A stretch of 30,364 nt of DNA, from positions 1 to 30,364 of the IMG/VR virus record IMGVR_UViG_3300002898_000054; one strand, given 5' to 3'. Below, piece after piece: positions 1 through 9,216 of this stretch. Below the pieces are notes generated by a model that did not search any database, was not told the origin of the DNA, and saw only the letters and a list, made by a program, of their open reading frames with translations. Made by a program: the position numbers and the translations under genes. Every line of letters starts with the position of its first letter. Positions within the stretch are counted from its first letter, which is position 1. The DNA comes from a virus.

Positions 1-390
1 TCACTTAAAACGTTCCAACAGAACATGAAAAGGTATCTACCATTTCGCCAAGCAGTAAAAAAGGGGAAGGAAGTTGCAGACTTTGAAGTGGAGAACGCAC
101 TCTATAAGCGAGCAAAGGGATATTCTTATGAAGAAATAACAAAAGAACTTATTATAATTGACAACGAAACGGGAGAGAAAGAGTTAAGAGTAACAAAAGT
201 AATAACAAAGCATCAAGCACCGGATAACGTGTCAATGATATTTTGGCTTAAAAACAGAATGCCACAACAATGGAAAAACAACCCTGATGGAGATAATACA
301 GACGATAGAGCGTACAAAGCACTTGATGATTTTACAAAGGCTTTAGGTAAAACACCAATCCCAAGCAGAGAACAGGACGAGGATATCTAA
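1..390 (+). CDS. terS: terminase small subunit, C-terminal part (gene starts at 30160 and continues across the circular junction; the ORF-track start at 25 is internal)
   Basis: The frame is open from base 1 and in phase with ATG 30160 (30286 equals base 1). The ALYKRAKGYSYEE...IFWLKNRMPQQWKN pattern is typical of Gram-positive phage TerS. It lies directly upstream of terL. Confidence 0.8.
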   Translation, partial: SLKTFQQNMKRYLPFRQAVKKGKEVADFEVENALYKRAKGYSYEEITKELIIIDNETGEKELRVTKVITKHQAPDNVSMIFWLKNRMPQQWKNNPDGDNTDDRAYKALDDFTKALGKTPIPSREQDEDI

Positions 391-1635
391 ATGGATCTAT
401 CAGAAAAACAAGTTGAATATATAAACAATGCTAATTGCAGGTGGAACTTCAAAGACGGTGCAACACGTTCAGGAAAAACACATTTAGACTATCATTTGAT
501 CCCAAGACGAATAAGAGAGCGAAAAGGTTTGTCAGGGCTTAACGTAATACTAGGCACAACGAAATCTACAATTCAAAGAAATATAATCGTTCCTATGCAA
601 GATATGTATGGAATTTCCTATATATCATCAATCAAACAGGACAACACAGCAACAATCTTTGGCGAAACCGTTTACTGTCTAGGTGCAAACAAATCGAATA
701 GTGTAGACGTTATTCGTGGTAGTTCGTTTAAATATATTTACGGAGACGAAATTACAACATGGCACGAAGAAACATTTGAAATGATAAAGAGTAGACTAGA
801 CAAAACATATTCATTGTTTGAGGGAACGTGCAATCCAAAAGAGCCGAGCCATTGGCTGTGTAAATTTATGAACGAAACAACCGTTGACATATACAGACAG
901 AACTACACGATATTCGACAATCCATTTTTACCGATAGATGTGTTAAGGGATATTATAAACTCACATACTGGAGTTTTTAAACAACGATACATTTACGGTT
1001 TGTGGTGTGTGGCAGAGGGAATTATATTCCGTAACTTTGCAGATCATACAGACGAATATTTGTTCGAACACACAAACGAAGAATACAACAAGTTTGTAAT
1101 GGGTGTAGACTTTGGTGGTACAGGAAGTAAAACAACCATGACGTTAACTGGTTACAGAAAAGGTTATAAATATATAGACGCACTAGAAAGTAGTGGACTT
1201 CCAATCAACCAAACAATTGACGCTGCAGACATAGGACAAACATTCGTAGAGTTTTGTAGTCGCATAAACAACAAGTACGGACTCCTCGGAAAAGGGCAAA
1301 AGATATATGTGTTTGCAGATAACGCTTCGCCTACAATGATAAACACACTTCGAACATACGCAAAGAACAACAGTTTGTTTAACGTTATGATTAGTGGGTG
1401 CAAGAAAACGGAGTTAGTAGATAGACCAAGATTTATTGATCTAATGCTTACAACACATAAATTGAGAATAGAAAAGAACAACACAGAAATAATCAATGCA
1501 CTTTCTAAATTGCGTTGGGGAAAAGATAGTTCAATTCCCGAAGATTTAAACATAGAAAACATAAACGACTGGTACGATGCGTTTTGCTATTCGTTTACAA
1601 CCTATCAACCATATATCGAACAGGAGAGAATGTGA
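391..1635 (+). CDS. terL: terminase large subunit
   Basis: 414 aa with Walker A GATRSGKT, Walker B-like YIYGDE, and a C-terminal nuclease-sized domain. It lies between terS and portal. Confidence 0.9.
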   Translation: MDLSEKQVEYINNANCRWNFKDGATRSGKTHLDYHLIPRRIRERKGLSGLNVILGTTKSTIQRNIIVPMQDMYGISYISSIKQDNTATIFGETVYCLGANKSNSVDVIRGSSFKYIYGDEITTWHEETFEMIKSRLDKTYSLFEGTCNPKEPSHWLCKFMNETTVDIYRQNYTIFDNPFLPIDVLRDIINSHTGVFKQRYIYGLWCVAEGIIFRNFADHTDEYLFEHTNEEYNKFVMGVDFGGTGSKTTMTLTGYRKGYKYIDALESSGLPINQTIDAADIGQTFVEFCSRINNKYGLLGKGQKIYVFADNASPTMINTLRTYAKNNSLFNVMISGCKKTELVDRPRFIDLMLTTHKLRIEKNNTEIINALSKLRWGKDSSIPEDLNIENINDWYDAFCYSFTTYQPYIEQERM

Positions 1636-3002
1636 TGTTAGAAAAAACAAAAAAGTATCTTCAACAAAAAGGTTATAACGTAAACGAAAAGGCACAAGAA
1701 AACATCAGAGAGTGCAACGCATGGTACGCAAGCAAGGCATTGCCATTTCACTTTAAGCAAACACTCGGTGGAACAAACTATCAACTAGAGCAGTTAAACT
1801 TTGCAAAGCGTATCTGTTCAGACGAAGCAAACCTTTGCGAGATTATCGACATTAAAAGCGAAAGCGAAAGCAACACAGAATTAATTAACTCGGTGTTAGA
1901 ACTCAACAGATTTGACACCCAGTACAGAAAGCAATTAGAACACATGAGTGCGACCGGAACAGTTGGTGCTTATATTTATTTAAAAGATGCAGAACTTTAT
2001 GACAACGGAGAAGTTAAAAACGGAAGTATTAAAATCAACTACTGCACAGCAGAAAACATTATTCCTTTGCGAGTAGAGAATGACGAAGTAATTGATTGTG
2101 CTTTTGTAGGAACAAATAAGTTGAACGGAAAACAACAAGATATAATCGTTGCATATAAAAAGATAGACAAGAATTACCAAATGACAATCGCACACGTTTT
2201 TGAAGAAAAGGATATGCCGACCGAAGAAGAAACTACACAACTCGGAGAAGTAAAACCTTTTTCAATTATGACAATTGCAGAAGTAAACAACTTTGATAAC
2301 ATGACAGGTTACGGATTGCCAAAGTTGATAAGTGCAATTCCATTTTTGAAAGGGTTAGATTTAATTTACAACGTACTGTATGGAGATTTAGATAAAGCAG
2401 AAAAGATTGTCCTGATAAACGAAATGTTCTCGCAAGTCGATAAGAACGGAGTGCATTATCTGACAGACGAACAAAGAAAGTATTTTTTACTAATGGGCGA
2501 GAAACTACCTGAACAACAAAGCCTTATTCAAGAGCATAACCCAATCATAAGAATTGACGTGTTGAAAGAAGCCTTTGAGTTGTTGTTTAGTTTACTTTCA
2601 CAAAACTATGGGTACGGAAATAAAAAGTATTCATTTAATCAAGGAACAGTAACAACAGCAACACAATATATTCTTGAGAAGTCAGACGAAATGCAATCAT
2701 TAAACAAGCAGAGATTTCAAAGCGAGTTGTATATAAAGGAATTGATAAATGGGATTGTGTGGTTTAGCAACACATACAATTATACAAATCTAAACGTTGG
2801 CGAAGAAATAAGTATAGACTTTGACGATAGTGTTATTACGGATAGACAAACAAAATTAGACAGTATGAGAACAGACGCAATTACATTTGATATTCCAATG
2901 CTTAAAATAATGTATTTAGTTGAGAAGTATAACTTCACAGAGGAAGAAGCAGCAACCTATTTATCCGAAGCGTTTAGGGAAAACGAGGACAACGAAGATT
3001 AA
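1635..3002 (+). CDS. portal protein (SPP1 gp6-like)
   Basis: About 455 aa. ATG 1635 follows the GGAGAG RBS and overlaps the terL stop by 1 nt; the ORF-track start at 1584 lacks an RBS. Position after terL and size are typical of a portal. Confidence 0.85.
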   Translation: MLEKTKKYLQQKGYNVNEKAQENIRECNAWYASKALPFHFKQTLGGTNYQLEQLNFAKRICSDEANLCEIIDIKSESESNTELINSVLELNRFDTQYRKQLEHMSATGTVGAYIYLKDAELYDNGEVKNGSIKINYCTAENIIPLRVENDEVIDCAFVGTNKLNGKQQDIIVAYKKIDKNYQMTIAHVFEEKDMPTEEETTQLGEVKPFSIMTIAEVNNFDNMTGYGLPKLISAIPFLKGLDLIYNVLYGDLDKAEKIVLINEMFSQVDKNGVHYLTDEQRKYFLLMGEKLPEQQSLIQEHNPIIRIDVLKEAFELLFSLLSQNYGYGNKKYSFNQGTVTTATQYILEKSDEMQSLNKQRFQSELYIKELINGIVWFSNTYNYTNLNVGEEISIDFDDSVITDRQTKLDSMRTDAITFDIPMLKIMYLVEKYNFTEEEAATYLSEAFRENEDNED

Positions 3003-3015
3003 GGTGGTGTAAGCA

Positions 3016-4221
3016 ATGTTAACAGAACAACAAATGGAACATATCGCAAAACCATTAACAGAGCATTATCAAAGACTTGAGAATGAAATCTTGTCCAGCA
3101 TATCAAACGGAATATCGAGAACGCTAAAAGTAGCAGATACAATTGTAGAAGAAAAGATAGTTCATTTGCAAGAATTAGGTTTCGAAGATAACAAGGTGCG
3201 TTCAGAAATAAACAAACAACTTTCAACCTCTGCAACATTCAATCGCAAGGCAGGAGAGAACGCAGCACAAGTTAAAAAAGATATAGATCATGCAATAAAA
3301 GTATCGCAATCAAATTATAAAACATTGTTAGACGAGACGGTGCAAAGAGCAGTCGCAGAAACGTGGAAAAATGAAACGGAACTTTATCTTGCGAATGGTT
3401 TGAAAGTTGCAAAGAATATGCCGAAACAATTCCAACAAGCATTGGTAAAAAATATAAGCGGAGACTTGAAGAATTTAACAAAGACATCAGCACTAGGAGT
3501 AAAAACATCGGCAGGAAAGATTGTCGCAGTTCAAAAGGTTTATCAAAAGGAACTGGATTATGCGTTGATAAAATATACAAGTGGAACGGAAACGCTGAAC
3601 GAAGCAATTAAGGGGACAGTTAAAAACCTTTCAAAAAGTGGTGTTCGTTCTACTGGTGGGAGTAAGGTAAGTTATCGAACAACAACAAGACAACTAGACA
3701 GTGCAATCAGGAACTCACTAATTACAACAAGCAATCGAATTGCAGGGAATGTTACACAAAGCAACATTGAAGATTTAGGTGTTGAATATGTGGAAGTATC
3801 AACTTCTATGTCTCCAAGACCAAGCCATGCAGATTGGGAAGGGCAAGTCTACACGCTAGAAGAATTTAAAAGAGTTTGCCATTATGGAGACGAGACAAAC
3901 CCTGATGCAATCTATTCTTATAATTGCCAACACAACCATTATCCGTATTTCAAAGGAACAAAGAGAATGGACAAAGGCTTTCATTATTCGCCTAAAACAA
4001 TTGACGGAAAAGAATATCAAGCGTTTGAATTAACACAAAAGCAACGGAATATGGAACGTGGTATCAGAGATTTAAAGAGAGAGAACAACATACTAAAAAG
4101 CATAGGGGCAGATAATAAAGACGTTTCCTTGCAGATTATGAATAAGACGGACAACTACAAGGCTTTTAGCAAATCAATCGGAATAAGTGCCAAAACGGAC
4201 AGATTAAGGGTATATAGTTGA
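3016..4221 (+). CDS. head morphogenesis / minor capsid protein (Mu F / SPP1 gp7-like)
   Basis: 401 aa with the RPSHADWEGQVY...YNCQHNHYPYF motif characteristic of the Phage_Mu_F domain. It lies immediately after portal. Confidence 0.85.
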   Translation: MLTEQQMEHIAKPLTEHYQRLENEILSSISNGISRTLKVADTIVEEKIVHLQELGFEDNKVRSEINKQLSTSATFNRKAGENAAQVKKDIDHAIKVSQSNYKTLLDETVQRAVAETWKNETELYLANGLKVAKNMPKQFQQALVKNISGDLKNLTKTSALGVKTSAGKIVAVQKVYQKELDYALIKYTSGTETLNEAIKGTVKNLSKSGVRSTGGSKVSYRTTTRQLDSAIRNSLITTSNRIAGNVTQSNIEDLGVEYVEVSTSMSPRPSHADWEGQVYTLEEFKRVCHYGDETNPDAIYSYNCQHNHYPYFKGTKRMDKGFHYSPKTIDGKEYQAFELTQKQRNMERGIRDLKRENNILKSIGADNKDVSLQIMNKTDNYKAFSKSIGISAKTDRLRVYS

Positions 4222-4319
4222 CAAACAACCAACAGAGTATTATTATTAAAACATAATAACAACCTAGCGAGTATCGTGTGAAACTCGTAAAACAAGCACG
4301 TAAAAGGGAGAAACGAAAA

Positions 4320-4859
4320 ATGGAAAGAAAACAGTTAGAAGATATCGGTCTTGAAAAAGATATAATTGACAAAGTAATCGCATTACATCAAAGCGAAATT
4401 CAACCAGTAAAAGCAGAACTTGAAATTAAGAAAACAGAAGTTGAAGCATTAACACTTTCAGAGGCAGAGACAAAAACGAAAATAGACGATTTGTCTAAAC
4501 TTGCCGGAACGAGCGAAGAAATCAAAAAAGCGTTTGACACTTATAAGGAACAGGCAGAGATTGAGAAATCAACATTGCAAACAACACTAGATAAGCAAAA
4601 GTTAAACACACTAATTGATGCAGAAATAGTTAAAGCAGGTGGAAACAAACGAATTGTAAAAGCGTTAATCAATGTAGACGAGTTAATGCAATCAAAAGAC
4701 AGAAGTAATGATGTAATCAAAGCAATTAAAGGTCTTTCAGAGGACGAGGAGACAAAAGTACTGTTTGAAGCACAAAAAGTAGGAACTTATAACGTAGGAG
4801 AAGGAATTGACAATGGTGGAGAGCCAAAGCCAAAACCAGAAGCAAATATCTTCTTCTAA
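4320..4859 (+). CDS. scaffolding protein (GP20-like)
   Basis: Charged, coiled-coil-rich protein directly upstream of the major capsid gene. ATG 4320 is preceded by AAGGGAG; the ORF-track GTG at 4278 has no RBS. Confidence 0.65.
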   Translation: MERKQLEDIGLEKDIIDKVIALHQSEIQPVKAELEIKKTEVEALTLSEAETKTKIDDLSKLAGTSEEIKKAFDTYKEQAEIEKSTLQTTLDKQKLNTLIDAEIVKAGGNKRIVKALINVDELMQSKDRSNDVIKAIKGLSEDEETKVLFEAQKVGTYNVGEGIDNGGEPKPKPEANIFF

Positions 4860-4877
4860 TCAAAGGGAGAATAAAAA

Positions 4878-6005
4878 ATGGCAAGAATAGAATCATTATC
4901 ACAATTATCGTCAGCAGGTGGGTACGCATATCTATCAGAAACTTATGGAAAAGTAATTGAAAACGTACAACAAAAAACAATCGCAAGTGTTTTAAAAAAT
5001 CAAGATTTATCAGGAACACCAATAAAAGGTGGCTCATTAGAAGCAACAAGATTTACAAATACAGAAGCAAAAACTTATGGAACTGCAAGAAGTGGTTTTG
5101 CAGGACAAAAGAACACAGTTGAAACAGTAACGGTTAAAATCAATAAAGACATGGAACTTATTCATGAAGTTGAACAAAAAGACACAATGCTTTATGGAGT
5201 AGAAGGACTTATTGAAAGAAAACAAGCAGCAGACGCAGGCTCAATGGAAAGAGATTTAGAAAGAGACTTCTATAAAGAAGCATCATTAGAGGGCTCAAAA
5301 CTTTCTTTAGTTGGAACAACAGCAATTGCACAGTTTGAAGAATTGGTTCAATCATTAAGTACAACACAAAATGATTATGTTGACGGAGTTCCGGACGAAC
5401 TTATCCATGTTGTAATGGACGCAAAATCATATGGAGATTTAAGAGTATATATTGACAGCGTACAAAACGCAAACGTAAATTCAGGTATCGCAGAAATGGG
5501 TACATTACATGGAATTAAAGTTTACAAATCAATTTATATGCCTAAAGGAGTAACAAGGATCGCAATGTGTCAGGGATCAGTTGCACAACCAGTTATTACA
5601 TCACTAGACCAAGCAGACAAGTTCCCAGCATCAGACGCTTACCATTTTGGTTTATTCTATTACACCGGAACAAAAGCAGTTATGGCAGACTTAATCCAAT
5701 ACACAGCAGACGCACTTGCAAACTTGACTGTAACATCAGCAACCAAAGTTGCAGCAACAAGCACAGAGTTAACAGTTACTGAAATATCAACAGCATCTTC
5801 ATATGCTTACAAAATTGCAGGAGCATCAGCAGGAACAGTTCCAAGTTTTGGAGAAAAAGTTGCCGGCTATACAGATGCAACGTTGGTGGCTGGAAAAGTA
5901 ACTATTGCAACAACAAATGACCATTACATTATCGTAGTTGCATTAAACGGAGACGATAAAGTAATTGCAGGAAATCAAGTAAAAGCAGTAATCGCATCAC
6001 AATAG
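4878..6005 (+). CDS. major capsid protein with C-terminal Thr/Ala/Val-rich beta (Ig-like) extension
   Basis: 375 aa with a strong RBS (AAGGGAGA) and the position after scaffold. Composition suggests high expression. Confidence 0.8.
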   Translation: MARIESLSQLSSAGGYAYLSETYGKVIENVQQKTIASVLKNQDLSGTPIKGGSLEATRFTNTEAKTYGTARSGFAGQKNTVETVTVKINKDMELIHEVEQKDTMLYGVEGLIERKQAADAGSMERDLERDFYKEASLEGSKLSLVGTTAIAQFEELVQSLSTTQNDYVDGVPDELIHVVMDAKSYGDLRVYIDSVQNANVNSGIAEMGTLHGIKVYKSIYMPKGVTRIAMCQGSVAQPVITSLDQADKFPASDAYHFGLFYYTGTKAVMADLIQYTADALANLTVTSATKVAATSTELTVTEISTASSYAYKIAGASAGTVPSFGEKVAGYTDATLVAGKVTIATTNDHYIIVVALNGDDKVIAGNQVKAVIASQ

Positions 6006-6022
6006 AATATAAGAGGTAAAAA

Positions 6023-6217
6023 ATGAAAATCTTAAAAAACGGACATGAGTATAATGTTACAAATAAAAATGTAATTGAACAAATGTTGAAATATGGTGGC
6101 GTAAAGATTGAGGAAGAAGTTATAAAAGAAGTAAAAAAAGAAGTAAAAAAAGAAGTAAAAAAAGAAGTAAAAACCGAAACTAAGAAAGCACCAGCAAACA
6201 CAACAAAGAAGAAATAA
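6023..6217 (+). CDS. small Lys-rich protein with KEVK repeats (head-associated?)
   Basis: 64 aa behind an AGAGG RBS. The C-terminal half reads (KEVK)n...KKAPANTTKKK. It lies between the capsid and connector genes. Confidence 0.55.
   Translation: MKILKNGHEYNVTNKNVIEQMLKYGGVKIEEEVIKEVKKEVKKEVKKEVKTETKKAPANTTKKK
6125..6172 (+). repeat. perfect 12-bp tandem repeat aaagaagtaaaa x4
   Basis: Read directly from the sequence. It encodes KEVKKEVKKEVKKEVK. Confidence 0.95.
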
Positions 6218-6233
6218 AAAAGGGGGAAGCGTA

Positions 6234-6599
6234 ATGTCATATGTAAATTATGAGTTTTACACTTCCCATTTTTCTAAATTGTCAGAAAGTAATTTTAATA
6301 AAAGAATTGATGAAGCAGAAAGTTTTATAAATACAATGGGGAGAATAAACGTAATAAACGACTTAAAGAATAATGAATTATTAGAAGTAGCAGACATTCG
6401 TATTCTTCCCTATAAATTAGCAATTTGCAAGGTGGCAGAAAAACAACACGAACTAGAAGGTGCCGCCGACAACCTAACATCAATTAGCAACAATGGTTAT
6501 TCAGAGAGTTATGCAGTAAGTAATAAAACAGAGATTGTCTCAAGCCTTGCACGTAACAGTTTAGCAGGCACAGGAATTTGGGGTGTTCAGTATGTTTGA
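6234..6599 (+). CDS. head-tail connector/adaptor protein
   Basis: 121 aa. Called from position in the conserved head-to-tail joining block and a GGGGGAAG RBS. Confidence 0.5.
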   Translation: MSYVNYEFYTSHFSKLSESNFNKRIDEAESFINTMGRINVINDLKNNELLEVADIRILPYKLAICKVAEKQHELEGAADNLTSISNNGYSESYAVSNKTEIVSSLARNSLAGTGIWGVQYV

Positions 6600-7017
6600 T
6601 GAAACAATAACAATCTATAACTATTCAAAATCTGGCACAGTAGAGAAATGGTTTCGAAGTGAATTGGCAAGGTGTTGTCAATGGAATGAGACACAAGAGA
6701 AAACAATTACATCAGATAGAAAAATACAGATCGCACAGTCGGTTGATGTTTGCATTGTGACAAAGAAACTTCTTAAACCATTCAAGCCATTAAAAGAATG
6801 GAACAAGCAAACAGACGCACAGAAGAAAGATACATGGACTATCGACCATATAAGCAACAAAGACATTATCGTGTTAGGAACATGCGAAAAGGAAGTAACG
6901 TCAGCCTATACTATCACAGACATAAAGAAAGATTATCAAGACGTTATGACCGTAAGTAGTTTCATGGATAATACGAAGTTGAGAGGTTTGCCTAATTACA
7001 GGTTAGGTGGTAAATAA
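6592..7017 (+). CDS. head-tail joining / minor capsid-type protein
   Basis: About 141 aa. ATG 6592 overlaps the upstream stop by 8 nt. The MFDETITIYN start resembles Minor_capsid_1-type proteins of Gram-positive siphophages. Confidence 0.5.
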   Translation: MFDETITIYNYSKSGTVEKWFRSELARCCQWNETQEKTITSDRKIQIAQSVDVCIVTKKLLKPFKPLKEWNKQTDAQKKDTWTIDHISNKDIIVLGTCEKEVTSAYTITDIKKDYQDVMTVSSFMDNTKLRGLPNYRLGGK

Positions 7018-7343
7018 TGAGAGCAGAATATGATGTAAAGCAAATCATTAAAAATCACAACATGGAAAAGGGTGGAAAAGCACAGAAGTACATCGACAGC
7101 GAAGTGTTAAGATTATCCGACCCAAGAACACCAAAAGACACAGGCGAACTAATCAATAGTGGAGTTCGTGCAACAAAGATTGGATCAGGTAAAGTTGTAT
7201 ATGATGCAAAGTACGCTAAAAAAATGTGGCAAGGAGATTATAAGTTCGAAGGCGCACCAACACGAGGAAGTTATTGGGCCATTCACGCAATGAATGACGG
7301 TGGAACAAAATCTATATTAGAGGGGTTGAAAGATTTATTATGA
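7017..7343 (+). CDS. minor capsid / tail-completion protein (HK97 gp10 / Minor_capsid_2-like)
   Basis: 108 aa with the pattern DSEVLRLSDPRTPKDTGELINSG...YAKKMW. The start is coupled to the upstream stop. Confidence 0.55.
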   Translation: MRAEYDVKQIIKNHNMEKGGKAQKYIDSEVLRLSDPRTPKDTGELINSGVRATKIGSGKVVYDAKYAKKMWQGDYKFEGAPTRGSYWAIHAMNDGGTKSILEGLKDLL

Positions 7344-7804
7344 CAGTAGGACAAAGCATAAAAAAATGGTTAGAAAAATACAATGTTATAATAGTTGACG
7401 TTGACGAGAACGGAGAGGTTTTAATAGAGCCAGAAGTTACTGTAACGTTAGACATTGACCTAGACCAACTCGGTGCAGGGAATGAAGAAAGTGGAGTGTT
7501 TAAATTACCGAACAGCATTGTAAGAAAACACATTGACGGAAGTTCCCACCACACAGAATATTACTTGTTCGCAATAAGACAACCTACACAGTTATCGAGT
7601 GAAAGAATATCCAACGCAAAATGGCTTGAAGAATTAGAAACATGGGTTGATGAAAACAATAACAACGGAGTTGTACCAAATTTAACAGATAAAAGATTTA
7701 CAACAAACATAGAAATATCGTCTACTTATTATTTGTCAGAAAGTAGCGAAGAAAACGGAGTGTATCAATTATCACTCGAAATTCAATACGAAAAGGAGAT
7801 TTAA
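7340..7804 (+). CDS. tail terminator / tail-completion protein
   Basis: 154 aa with an ATGA overlap to the upstream gene. It lies immediately before the major tail gene. Confidence 0.45.
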   Translation: MTVGQSIKKWLEKYNVIIVDVDENGEVLIEPEVTVTLDIDLDQLGAGNEESGVFKLPNSIVRKHIDGSSHHTEYYLFAIRQPTQLSSERISNAKWLEELETWVDENNNNGVVPNLTDKRFTTNIEISSTYYLSESSEENGVYQLSLEIQYEKEI

Positions 7805-7807
7805 GAA

Positions 7808-8299
7808 ATGGCAGAACTAACAAGATTGAAAAAAACAGGTACTATGTTATTTTTAGATACACAAGAGGCAGACGGAACTGTTGCAGTATGGAGCAGAATA
7901 GGAAAATCAACTATGTTCGACCTTGCATTAAACGCTAGTGTAGAAACAAATGATTTTATTGAAAACGATATGCCGACAGAAGACGTTAAGTTTTATTCGC
8001 CTGAACTCGCACAAGAATTGCAATGTAATAAAGGAGACCCAGCGTTCGATTACTTATATGAAATGTTAAAGTCATTGCCAACAGGGAACGATGTAGAAAA
8101 AAGTGTTCTTATTGTTTTTGCCGGTAATACAGCAGCAGCAGAAGATCCAGTTGCATTTGACGGCTGGGAAACAAAATCAACACTTATCATTGAAAACTTT
8201 AACTCAGTAGAAGAAAAAATTAAATTCAAGTTAAAAATATCTTCTAAAAAAGACGTAACAGTAACCGTAGACGCAGGAGTGCCAACAATAGAAGTCTAA
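7808..8299 (+). CDS. major tail protein
   Basis: 163 aa behind a GGAG RBS. It precedes the chaperone pair and tape measure. Confidence 0.65.
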   Translation: MAELTRLKKTGTMLFLDTQEADGTVAVWSRIGKSTMFDLALNASVETNDFIENDMPTEDVKFYSPELAQELQCNKGDPAFDYLYEMLKSLPTGNDVEKSVLIVFAGNTAAAEDPVAFDGWETKSTLIIENFNSVEEKIKFKLKISSKKDVTVTVDAGVPTIEV

Positions 8300-8318
8300 A
8301 AACAAAAGGAGAAATAAA

Positions 8319-8672
8319 ATGGAATACACGAGAAACGATGGAACAGTAATTCAATTAACAAAATATACAAGCAAGGTAGCAAAGTTAAATGAAGATGCAG
8401 AAAACGCCGAGGGAATGGAAAGTTACAAGAAAGCATATCTTTTTTTAAGAGAAGCAGTACCAAAAGAAGAACTTGAAAATATCCTAGACGGAAAAACATT
8501 TGAAACGGTGGACTTGCAAGAAGTAAATTTGCTTTACGGAAAAATAGTTGACGCATACAGAAAGAAAGTTGACGAATATCAAGAAGAAAAAGCAAACGAA
8601 GTATTATCAAAATTTGACGGAATATCGAAAGCACTCGAAACCGTCGGAAATGCACAACAATTTAAAAAATGA
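8319..8672 (+). CDS. tail assembly chaperone (gpG-like)
   Basis: 117 aa, acidic. It lies two genes upstream of the tape measure and ends in TTT AAA AAA TGA. Confidence 0.6.
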   Translation: MEYTRNDGTVIQLTKYTSKVAKLNEDAENAEGMESYKKAYLFLREAVPKEELENILDGKTFETVDLQEVNLLYGKIVDAYRKKVDEYQEEKANEVLSKFDGISKALETVGNAQQFKK

Positions 8673-9202
8673 TAGATTTAACACTAAAAGGCTTGCCTAA
8701 TACCATTTTGGTAAATGGTAAGTCTTTTTTTATTAAAACAGATTTCAGGGAGTGGATAAAGTTTGGCGAGATATTGAGAAATGATTACTATAAAAAAGAA
8801 TTATTGTATCTTTTTCCAGAGTGCAAGCCGACAGAAATCCCAACAAAAGAAATGATTGAGTTTTATAACAATAAAAACGCAACACCAAACGGAGACGGTG
8901 GAAGTGGCGAAAGAATACTAGACTACATTTTAGACGGAGAGTTTATCTTTGGATCGTTTTATCAATCATATGGAATAGACCTTACCGAATGCGATATGCA
9001 TTGGCACAAATTCAAAGCATTGTTTTTGTGTTTGCCTGAAACAAGTAAGATAACAAGTATCATGCAAGCGAGAAGTTACACAAAGCAAAATGTTACGTAT
9101 GAAGAACAACTTGAGCGAAACAAAAGAGCATGGGAACTTCCGTATGAATTAACAAATAAACAACAAAGCGAACTAGACGAACTAGACTATTATTTTAAAT
9201 AA
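8669..9202 (+). CDS. tail assembly protein (Phage Gp15-like; gpT-equivalent)
   Basis: 177 aa with an N-terminus (GLPNTILVNGKSFFIKTDFREWIKF) typical of the Gp15 family. It is in the -1 frame relative to the upstream chaperone. Confidence 0.6.
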   Translation: MIDLTLKGLPNTILVNGKSFFIKTDFREWIKFGEILRNDYYKKELLYLFPECKPTEIPTKEMIEFYNNKNATPNGDGGSGERILDYILDGEFIFGSFYQSYGIDLTECDMHWHKFKALFLCLPETSKITSIMQARSYTKQNVTYEEQLERNKRAWELPYELTNKQQSELDELDYYFK

Positions 9203-9216
9203 AAGGAAGTGAGAAA

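Noticed and set aside
3016-4221. Polymorphic toxin domain fused to the MuF protein
   Set aside because: The protein ends about 100 residues after the MuF core motif with a charged helical tail. There is no additional domain-sized extension or adjacent immunity-like gene.
5567-5782. + strand ORFs 5567..5782 and 12507..12737
   Set aside because: They lie in alternative frames inside the major capsid and Tal-like genes, have no RBS, and show atypical composition.
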